64,000 bases of DNA, taken from Gemmatimonadaceae bacterium (GTDB lineage Bacteria; Gemmatimonadota; Gemmatimonadetes; Gemmatimonadales; Gemmatimonadaceae). This document shows positions 56,458 through 64,000 of the stretch, piece after piece. The position numbers and the translations under genes were made by a program. The DNA is taken from positions 198,296 through 262,295 of the forward strand of contig JBJMOW010000006.1 of assembly GCA_045803545.1 (NCBI GenBank). Direction: 5' to 3'. Under the pieces are notes generated by a model. It saw only the letters and a list, made by a program, of their open reading frames with translations. It had not been told where the DNA came from and ran no database searches. Position 1 is the stretch's first letter. Each line of letters starts with the position of its first letter.

Positions 56458-59400
56458 GTGTCCTTCGTTCACCTTCACTGTCACTCAGAATACTCCCTCC
56501 TCGACGGCGCCAATCGGATCGATGACCTGATCGCAAGGGCGCTCGAGTTCGAACAACCAGCCCTCGCCATCACCGACCACGGTAACCTCCACGGCGCATG
56601 GGAGTTCCAGGAAAAAGCCAAGAAAGCGGGCATTAAGCCGATAATCGGCATGGAAGCCTATGTCGCGCCTGGGGATCGACGCGCGCGCGATCGCGTCGGC
56701 GGCGACCGCGGTAAGCCCTATTTCCATCTGGTTCTGCTAGCCCAGAACTCGACAGGCTACAAGAATCTAGTGAAGCTCTCCTCCCTCGCCTACACAGAAG
56801 GGTTCTACGCCAAACCGCGCGTCGACCGAGAGCTACTCGCCAAATACAACGAGGGAATCGTCGTCTCTTCCGCCTGCATGGCGGGCGAAATCGCCCACCA
56901 CCTGCAGTGCGACGAGTACGAGCAAGCCCGAAGCGTAGCTTCGTGGTACGCAGATGTCTTCAAGGATCGTTACTTCCTCGAAGTCCAGGCGCACGACTCC
57001 GAAGGACAGGCTGCCCTCAACAAGAAGATCTTCGGGCTCGCGGGCGAGCTCAATCTGCCGGTCGTCGCCACCAATGACGCGCACTTTCTCACGCGCAACG
57101 ACCACGACGCGCACGATATCCTGCTTTGCATCGGACTCGGCAAAGATTTCTCCGATAACAACCGGATGCGCTACGATGAAGGTCTCTACTTCAAGAGCGC
57201 GCCGGAGATCTCGCAGTCGTTCCCCGACCGACGCGATGTTCTCGACAACACCCTGCGCATTGCCGAAGAGAGCGCAATCAAGTTTTCGAAACAGTACCGC
57301 GTCCCGGCGTTTCCGCTGCCCGCTGAATTCAAAACCGAGAACGATCTCCTCGTTCAGCTCGCTGAGGCAGGATCGCGCGAGCGATACGGCGAAGACCTTC
57401 CGACCAACGTCCGCGAGCGCCTCGATTACGAGCTTGGTGTCATCACCAAAACCGGCTACGCCGGCTACTTCCTCATCGTCGCCGACTTCATCAAGGCTGC
57501 GCGCGAAAAAGGAATTCCCGTCGGGCCCGGCCGCGGATCAGCCGCGGGCTCGCTGGTCGCGTATTCGCTCCGCATCACCGATATCGATCCGCTCGAATTC
57601 GACCTGCTGTTCGAGCGCTTTCTAAATCCGGATCGCGTCTCGATGCCCGACATCGATGTCGACTTCTGCTTCGAGCGTCGAGGCGAAGTCATCGACTACG
57701 TTCGTCAGAAGTACGGACGCGATTCGGTCGGTCAGATCATCACTTTTGGAACTCTGAAATCGCGCGCGGCGATCAAGGACGTTGGCCGGACGCTCGGCTT
57801 CACTCCCTCGGAGACCGATTACCTCGCCAAGCTGGTCCCGAATCACCCGAACTTCTCCCTCACGGTCGCTGAAGCGAAGGAAAGAATTCCCGAGATTCGC
57901 GAGTTCTATCAGATCCGTAAGGATGATGCGCCCGAGGTCAGAGAGCGCAAAGAGCGGTACCGCCAACTGCTCGACTACGCGCAGAAGCTGGAGGGTCTTT
58001 CGCGTCACGCCGGCGTCCACGCCGCAGGGATCGTGATCGCCCCGGGTCCGCTCGACGACTACGTCCCCATCTGCACCCAGGCCTCGAAAGGCGCGGGTGC
58101 CGGCAATGGCAGCGACGACAGCGTCGTAGTCACCCAGTACGACATGAACGCGCTCGAGCATGCTGGCATGCTGAAGATCGACTTTCTCGGCCTCACTACG
58201 CTCACCGTCATCAGCGATACGCTGCGCTCGATCAAGGAACGCACTGGCTCTGCGCCCGATCTCGATTCTTTGCCGCTCGACGACGCGGAGACGTATCGAA
58301 TGCTGCGCGCAGGTCGCACCGTCGGCGTGTTCCAGTTCGAATCGCCGCTGGCGACCGACATATTGAAGAGCATTCGCGCCGACCGCTTTGACGATCTCGT
58401 CGCTTCGAACGCGCTGATGCGCCCCGGTCCACTCGATGCCGGCATGCACCGCGTCTACATGAAGCGGAAACGCGGCGAGGAGCCCGTCAGCTACATCCTC
58501 CCCGAGCTCAAGCCAATCCTCGAAAGCACCTACGGCGTCATCACGTATCAGGAGCAGGTGATGCGTATCGCGCAGGTGCTCGCAGGAATTTCGCTCGCCG
58601 AAGCAGACGTGCTGCGCAAAGCCGTTGGTAAGAAGGACGCCGAGCTGATTCGACAGGAGCTGGGCAAGTTCATCGAGAAGTCGATTGCGCGCGGCTACGA
58701 TCCGACGATCATCGAGGAGATCGCTAGCCAGATCGAGACCTTCGGGCGCTACGGTTTCAACAAATCGCACTCGGTCGCGTACTCGATCATCTCGTATCAC
58801 ACCGCCTGGCTGAAGACTCGCTATCCGGCGGACTTCGTGGCTGCGCTGCTGTCTTCGCAGATCGGCGACACCGACAACGTCGTCAAGTACATCAACGAGG
58901 CGCGACAGCTCCACGTGCCCGGCGTAAAGGAGCCAGGGCTCGAGATCCTTCCGCCCGATGTCAACGAATCGGGCTACAAGTTCACCGTCGTCGGTGAGAC
59001 GAAGATCCGCTTCGGCCTCGGCGGAATCCGCAATGTCGGACGCGCCGCAATCGACTCAATTCTCGCGGCCCGCAGTCAGGACGGCCCCTTCCGCTCCTTG
59101 TTCGATCTTTGCGAGCGAATCGACCTCCGCGTTTGCAACAAACGCGTATTGGAAGCGCTGGCCCAGGCGGGTGCGTTGGATTCGTTAGGTGGTCATCGCG
59201 CCCAGCTTTATGCAGCGCTCGACCTCGCCATTCGCGAGGCCTCTCTCCGCCAGGAGGACATACTCACTGGCCAGGCATCGCTCTTCGGAACTCCGGCGAA
59301 CGGCGACGAGAAAGCAATCGAAACGCAGCACGTATTGCCGAACGTCGAGCCGTGGAAGGAATCCGAGCGCCTTGCCAAGGAAAAGGAAATCCTCGGCTTC

Positions 59401-60006
59401 TACATCTCTGGCCACCCGCTCGAGAACTATCGCACCGAAGCCGAAATCTGGGCGACCCACCTCGTCTCCGATCTTGGTCACTGGCGCCCGGAGCAGATGA
59501 AGCTCGCTGCCGTCGTGACCAGCATCAAACGCCAACTGAGCAAAAGGACAGGCCAGGAGTTCGCGCGCCTCACGATCGAGGATTTTTCTGGCTCCGCCGA
59601 GGTCGTCGTGTTCAACGAGAAGTGGCAGGCGATCAATGACCGCATTCGCTCCGACGTGCCGATGCTGATTACCGGAGCTTACTTGAAGCGAGACGAGACC
59701 GCCGAAAACCCTCTTTTCGTCGTTGAAGACGCCAAGAAGCTCGCCGAGCTCCGGTCGGAGGGGACAGTTACTGTTGCCATCGATATCGCGAAGGGTTCAT
59801 ACTCAAAGGACGTGATGTCGGACGTCCGGGCAATCGTCGAGACGTATCCGGGTTCGGCGCCGATCGAATTTCGCTGGAGCGATGCCAACGGAGCGCAGGT
59901 CAGACTCCGTTCCCGATCGCTGAAGTTGGCGACAGATGGTGCGGCGCTGACCGAGTTGCGTAATATTCTGGGCGATTCTTCCGTTAGTCTCCAGCGGGGG
60001 AGCTGA
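56458..60006 (+). CDS. dnaE: DNA polymerase III alpha subunit
   Basis: PHP 'FVHLHCHSEYSLLDG','GPGRGSAAGS','PDIDVDF','KIDFLGL','FNKSHS', OB fold; start GTG 56458. Confidence 0.98.
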   Translation: MSFVHLHCHSEYSLLDGANRIDDLIARALEFEQPALAITDHGNLHGAWEFQEKAKKAGIKPIIGMEAYVAPGDRRARDRVGGDRGKPYFHLVLLAQNSTGYKNLVKLSSLAYTEGFYAKPRVDRELLAKYNEGIVVSSACMAGEIAHHLQCDEYEQARSVASWYADVFKDRYFLEVQAHDSEGQAALNKKIFGLAGELNLPVVATNDAHFLTRNDHDAHDILLCIGLGKDFSDNNRMRYDEGLYFKSAPEISQSFPDRRDVLDNTLRIAEESAIKFSKQYRVPAFPLPAEFKTENDLLVQLAEAGSRERYGEDLPTNVRERLDYELGVITKTGYAGYFLIVADFIKAAREKGIPVGPGRGSAAGSLVAYSLRITDIDPLEFDLLFERFLNPDRVSMPDIDVDFCFERRGEVIDYVRQKYGRDSVGQIITFGTLKSRAAIKDVGRTLGFTPSETDYLAKLVPNHPNFSLTVAEAKERIPEIREFYQIRKDDAPEVRERKERYRQLLDYAQKLEGLSRHAGVHAAGIVIAPGPLDDYVPICTQASKGAGAGNGSDDSVVVTQYDMNALEHAGMLKIDFLGLTTLTVISDTLRSIKERTGSAPDLDSLPLDDAETYRMLRAGRTVGVFQFESPLATDILKSIRADRFDDLVASNALMRPGPLDAGMHRVYMKRKRGEEPVSYILPELKPILESTYGVITYQEQVMRIAQVLAGISLAEADVLRKAVGKKDAELIRQELGKFIEKSIARGYDPTIIEEIASQIETFGRYGFNKSHSVAYSIISYHTAWLKTRYPADFVAALLSSQIGDTDNVVKYINEARQLHVPGVKEPGLEILPPDVNESGYKFTVVGETKIRFGLGGIRNVGRAAIDSILAARSQDGPFRSLFDLCERIDLRVCNKRVLEALAQAGALDSLGGHRAQLYAALDLAIREASLRQEDILTGQASLFGTPANGDEKAIETQHVLPNVEPWKESERLAKEKEILGFYISGHPLENYRTEAEIWATHLVSDLGHWRPEQMKLAAVVTSIKRQLSKRTGQEFARLTIEDFSGSAEVVVFNEKWQAINDRIRSDVPMLITGAYLKRDETAENPLFVVEDAKKLAELRSEGTVTVAIDIAKGSYSKDVMSDVRAIVETYPGSAPIEFRWSDANGAQVRLRSRSLKLATDGAALTELRNILGDSSVSLQRGS

Positions 60007-60008
60007 CC

Positions 60009-60977
60009 GTGGCTTCAGCAACGCAACTCGAGTTCGAAAAGCCGATCGCCGAGCTGGAACGGCAGATCGACGAAATCAAGAAGACCGCGGGCGACAGTCA
60101 GCTCAGCGTCGCTGAGGCGATCGAGCCTCTCGAGCGCAAGCTGCTTGATCTGCGCGAGGAGGTTTACAAGAACCTCACTCCTTATCAGCGCGTACAGGTA
60201 GCCCGGAATCCAAAGCGCCCCTTCTCTGCCGATTACATCAAGCTGGCGTTCACCGATTTCATCGAGCTGCACGGTGATCGCGCCTTCCGCGATGATGCAG
60301 CCATCATGGCGGGCTGGGCTCGCCTCGACGACGATACGGTGATGGTGATTGGGCACCAACGCGGTCGCGACACCAAGGAGCAGCTCAAACGAAACTTCGG
60401 CATGCCGCACCCTGAAGGCTATCGGAAGGCGCTGCGCCTGATGAAGCTCGCCGAGAAATTCCACGTGCCCGTTTTGACCTTCATCGACACGCAGGGAGCA
60501 TGGGCGGGACTCGGCGCCGAGGAGCGCGGCCAATCCGAGGCAATCGCTCGCAATCTCTACGAGATGAGTCAGCTCCAGGTTCCCATCATCGCGACTGTAA
60601 TCGGCGAGGGCGGATCTGGTGGCGCGCTTGCGCTCGGTGTTGCCGATCGAGTTCTCATGATGGAGAATGCTGTCTATTCGGTAATCTCGGTCGAAGGTTG
60701 CGCCGCAATTCTCTGGAAGGACGCCAAAAGTCCCGAGATGCGCGAAAAGGCCGCGAGCGCGCTCAAGATCACAGCCCCGGAGCTGCTCGAGCTCAAGGTG
60801 ATCGACGAAGTGATCCCCGAACCGAAAGGCGGGGCGCACGCCGATCACGAAGCGGCTGCCAAATCGCTGCAGAGCGTGCTCGTCAAACATCTCGAGGAGC
60901 TGCGCAAGATGCGCCCCGAGAAACTCGTTCGACGCCGCCGGCAGAAATTCCTGCGTATGGGCGCGTGGCAGGAATAG
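60009..60977 (+). CDS. accA: Acetyl-CoA carboxylase carboxyltransferase alpha
   Basis: 'LEFEKPI','ELHGDR','NFGMPHPEGYRKA','GEGGSGGALA'. Confidence 0.97.
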   Translation: MASATQLEFEKPIAELERQIDEIKKTAGDSQLSVAEAIEPLERKLLDLREEVYKNLTPYQRVQVARNPKRPFSADYIKLAFTDFIELHGDRAFRDDAAIMAGWARLDDDTVMVIGHQRGRDTKEQLKRNFGMPHPEGYRKALRLMKLAEKFHVPVLTFIDTQGAWAGLGAEERGQSEAIARNLYEMSQLQVPIIATVIGEGGSGGALALGVADRVLMMENAVYSVISVEGCAAILWKDAKSPEMREKAASALKITAPELLELKVIDEVIPEPKGGAHADHEAAAKSLQSVLVKHLEELRKMRPEKLVRRRRQKFLRMGAWQE

Positions 60978-60980
60978 CGT

Positions 60981-62090
60981 TTGGCCCATCTCGTAGAAGT
61001 CGCCTTCAAAGGCAACCGTAAGGAATTCTTTCTCTGGGATTATCCTGATCCGCCACCGATCAACGCCGCCGTAATCGTCGACGTGGACCGTGGCGAGGAT
61101 CTTGGCTACATCCATTCGCTCGGCGATCTGGCGCAGAAGCGAAACGGCGGTTGCTCGCACGGCTGCGGCACGTCGTTGCCAGACCGTAAGGCTCTTCGAC
61201 TAGCCAGCGACAAGGACAAGACTCAGTCGAACGACCTCGATCGACTGAACGAGGATGCGCGCCGCAAGGCTATGGAGCGCGTGCGCGCCAACGGGCTCGG
61301 CATGAAGCTGTCCGACGCGGAGTGGCAGTGGGATCGCAAGAAGCTGACGCTCTATTTCACCGCCGACAAGCGGGTCGACTTCCGCAATCTGGTGCGCGAC
61401 CTGGCGTCGCTCTTTCGCACGCGTATCGAGCTCAAGCAGATCGGGGTGCGCGACGAAGCAAAGCGCCTCGACGGCATCGGACGTTGCGGGCGCCAGTACT
61501 GCTCCGCGTCGTGGCTCCCCGAGCTGCGGCCGGTGAATCTCGGCGTTGCCAAGGATCAACGACTGTCGCTCAATCCATCTCAGATCTCCGGCGCCTGCGG
61601 GAGACTGATGTGCTGCCTGCGCTATGAGCACGACTTCTACGTTCAATCGCGCAAGCGATTTCCGAAGGAAGGCAGGATCTTCGCGACACCGTCGGGCGAA
61701 GCGAAGGTGATGTCCGTGGACATTTTCCGTGAGCGCATCACGCTGCGCGGCGTCGAGGGCGATATCCGCACTATTCCACTCGCCGAATTCAAGCGCGAGA
61801 CCGAAGCGCCCGGCGTGGCGCCGGTCGCCGTCATTGAGGAAGAAGAAGATCCGGGATCGGAGGAGATTCTGCCGGAGGAGATTTCTCCGGAACTCAAATA
61901 CACGGCCGAGCATCCCGTTTTCGTGCAACGTGACGCAGCGCCCGAACCAAGCAGCGACGCTACACCTCTCGCCTCCCCCGTCCCGCCTCCCACCGCAGAG
62001 GGCGGCAGCTCGGGCAAGCGTCGCCGTGGGCGGCGCGGCGGCAGGCGCGGTCGTGGCGGAGAGGGGTCAAACCCGCCAGGCAGTCAGTAA
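60981..62090 (+). CDS. PSP1-domain / RicT (YaaT) family protein
   Basis: 'YFTADKRVDFRNLVRDLA','RIELKQIGVRDEAK','CGRQYCS','ISGACGRLMCCLRYE'. Confidence 0.92.
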   Translation: MAHLVEVAFKGNRKEFFLWDYPDPPPINAAVIVDVDRGEDLGYIHSLGDLAQKRNGGCSHGCGTSLPDRKALRLASDKDKTQSNDLDRLNEDARRKAMERVRANGLGMKLSDAEWQWDRKKLTLYFTADKRVDFRNLVRDLASLFRTRIELKQIGVRDEAKRLDGIGRCGRQYCSASWLPELRPVNLGVAKDQRLSLNPSQISGACGRLMCCLRYEHDFYVQSRKRFPKEGRIFATPSGEAKVMSVDIFRERITLRGVEGDIRTIPLAEFKRETEAPGVAPVAVIEEEEDPGSEEILPEEISPELKYTAEHPVFVQRDAAPEPSSDATPLASPVPPPTAEGGSSGKRRRGRRGGRRGRGGEGSNPPGSQ

Positions 62091-63629
62091 TTGGCTAAGT
62101 ACTTCCTCACTACCGCTATCGATTACGCGACCGCTGATCCGCACCAGGGTCACGCGTTCGAGAAGATCGGTGCCGATGCAATTGCCCGGTATCATCGCCT
62201 GAAGGGCGATGACGTCCATTTCCTGATTGGGATGGACGAGCACGGCCAGAAAGTCGCGCAGACGGCGGCCGAGCGGAAAGTCTCGCCGCAGGAGCTCGTG
62301 GACGCCGTCGCCGAGAGCTCAGAAGAAATCTGGACGCTGCTCGGCATCTCCTTCGATCAGTTCATTCGGACGACCGATCCAGCGCACAAGACCGGTGTCC
62401 GGGAACTGATCGAGCGCATGTTCGAGAATTCGCCCGACGATTTTTATGAGAAGGCGTACGCCGGATGGTATTGCATTGGCTGCGAATCGTTCAAACAGGA
62501 CAACGAGATCGCCGACGGTAAATGCATACTCCACCCAACGCGTACGCTGGAGTGGGTGGAAGAGAATAACTGGTTTTTCCGCCTGAGCGCCTACACCGAT
62601 CGCATCCGCAAGCTCGTCGCGAGCGATGATTTTCTGCAGCCCAAATCGCGGCGCAACGAGATGCTCTCGTTGATCGACTCAGGCCTCGAGGACATCTCAG
62701 CGAGCCGCAGCCGCCTCGCGTGGGGCGTTCCCTTTCCGCGCAACGTGTCCGGAGGCGAGACCCAGTCCACGTACGTGTGGTTCGACGCGCTGCCGAACTA
62801 CCTGACGGCGACTGGATTTCCGAGCCCGGACTACGACAAGCTTTGGCCAGCCGACTTGCACGTCATCGGCAAGGACATCACGCGCTTCCACAGTGTGATT
62901 TGGCCGGCGATGCTTATGTCAGCTGGTCTCGAAGTTCCCAGGCGTATTTGGGTCCATGGCTGGGTCCTTGTTGGCGGTGCACGCGTAAGTAAGTCGGCGG
63001 GCGGCAATCTCAAATTGCGCGATGCAATCGGCGAATATGGACCAGATGCGTTCCGCTACTTCCTGTTGCGGGAGGTTCCGTTTGACGGCGACGGCAATTT
63101 CTCGTGGGAGCGATTCGAAGAGCGTTACAACGCCGATCTCGCCAACGCTTTGGGAAATCTTGCCAGCCGCGCGATATCGATGGTAGAGCGGTATTGCGAC
63201 GGTGTCGTGCCCAAAGGTGTGCCCAACGAGGTCGACGACGCCGACGCGAAGGATCTCGAGGCGTATCACTCGGCGATGGGACCTCGCGGATTTCTGCTGC
63301 ACGAGGCCCTCAAAGCTGTATGGCAAACGGTCGCGCGAGGCAACGAGTACGTCGACCGCCAGGCACCATGGAAGCTCGCCAAGGACCCCCTGCAACGAGC
63401 AGAGCTCGAGTCGACGCTGGCGACTCTGGTGCGACAGCTCGCCAGACACGCGATATATCTCTATCCCTTCATGCCGCGAAAGACAGAAGAATTGTGGGAG
63501 TCGCTTGGCGCAAAGGATCCGATAGCCAGCCTCACGTTCGGGAAACTGGAAAAGCTGGACCCGACCGGATGGAAGGTGCGCAAAGGCGCGCCGCTATTTC
63601 CGAAGCGCGAAACCGCAGCGGCGACATAA
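62091..63629 (+). CDS. metG: Methionine--tRNA ligase (short form, no C-terminal tRNA-binding domain)
   Basis: 'TTAIDY...PHQGH','GMDEHGQK','FIRTT', knuckle 'CIGCE','YVWFDAL','GKDI.RFH','LANALGNL'. Confidence 0.95.
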   Translation: MAKYFLTTAIDYATADPHQGHAFEKIGADAIARYHRLKGDDVHFLIGMDEHGQKVAQTAAERKVSPQELVDAVAESSEEIWTLLGISFDQFIRTTDPAHKTGVRELIERMFENSPDDFYEKAYAGWYCIGCESFKQDNEIADGKCILHPTRTLEWVEENNWFFRLSAYTDRIRKLVASDDFLQPKSRRNEMLSLIDSGLEDISASRSRLAWGVPFPRNVSGGETQSTYVWFDALPNYLTATGFPSPDYDKLWPADLHVIGKDITRFHSVIWPAMLMSAGLEVPRRIWVHGWVLVGGARVSKSAGGNLKLRDAIGEYGPDAFRYFLLREVPFDGDGNFSWERFEERYNADLANALGNLASRAISMVERYCDGVVPKGVPNEVDDADAKDLEAYHSAMGPRGFLLHEALKAVWQTVARGNEYVDRQAPWKLAKDPLQRAELESTLATLVRQLARHAIYLYPFMPRKTEELWESLGAKDPIASLTFGKLEKLDPTGWKVRKGAPLFPKRETAAAT

Positions 63630-63660
63630 AAAAAGGGACCGCTTTTGGCGATCCCTTTTT
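63628..63660. terminator. Bidirectional Rho-independent terminator
   Basis: A7-GGGAcCGC-loop-GCGaTCCC-T5 between convergent genes. Confidence 0.8.
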
Positions 63661-63675
63661 CCTATGCGACCGATT

Positions 63676-64000
63676 TTAGATGTTCGGGTTGTTTAGCGTC
63701 TCGACATCAGGTAGCGGGAAGCAGCGCTCACTTCCGTAGTTGCCGCCCTTGAGGTAGACAGTGGAATACGGAATCCCCGCTGTCGGCACCAGCGGAAGGT
63801 TCAGGCGACGCACGTCGTACAAATGTTGCCCCTCGAGGAACAACTCTCTGCTCCGCGCGTTGATCACCTCGTTCGCGATGGCAGTTGGATCACTGCTCGA
63901 GAACGCCGGCAGGCCATGCGTTGCGCGTAACGCGTTGATGATGTTAACCGCGGTTTGTCCGCCCTGCACCTCGGCGATTATCAACTGCGCTTCCTTGTAA
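63676..64000 (-). CDS. RagB/SusD family protein, C-terminal part (truncated by window edge)
   Basis: 'EAQLIIAE','INALRA','RSRELFLEGQHLYDVRR','CFPLPDVETLNNPNI'. Confidence 0.85.
   Translation of the reverse strand, partial: YKEAQLIIAEVQGGQTAVNIINALRATHGLPAFSSSDPTAIANEVINARSRELFLEGQHLYDVRRLNLPLVPTAGIPYSTVYLKGGNYGSERCFPLPDVETLNNPNI

Noticed and set aside
57900..58130. Intein or insertion element in dnaE
   Set aside because: Only short loop insertions; normal total length and no intein terminal or homing-endonuclease motifs
1..64000. tRNA, rRNA, transposase, integrase or prophage genes
   Set aside because: None recognised by eye; intergenic gaps are short and show no cloverleaf/T-loop signature. 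tRNAscan/Infernal were not run

Overview
GC-rich bacterial chromosomal segment of about 55 densely packed, mostly housekeeping genes. High GC together with SusC/RagB pairs and the gene order suggests Gemmatimonadota; this is an inference, not a database result. The standout is a translationally coupled minus-strand operon: Lrp/AsnC(RAM)-NurA-HerA-exported protein-Mre11/SbcD-Rad50/SbcC-GNAT-DUF1801 (7361-16656). It carries all four genes of the archaeal-type DNA end-resection machine, plus an exported protein and an acetyltransferase. Divergent from it is an apparently catalytically dead DEAD-box protein coupled to thymidine kinase. The rest includes gcvH/gcvP with a LipM-like enzyme, an Opp/Dpp ABC system plus a POT transporter, an Omp85/glycosyltransferase/DUF3108/DHS-like cluster, thiO-like-lipA-pdhABC-lpdA-lipB-uvrD, a SusC/SusD pair behind a switch-like structured leader, and dnaE-accA-ricT-metG. 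Other observations are two long hairpin elements, non-canonical start codons and compact divergent promoters. I found no rRNA, tRNA, CRISPR array or transposase. All calls come from recognising motifs by eye; no searches or folding programs were run.
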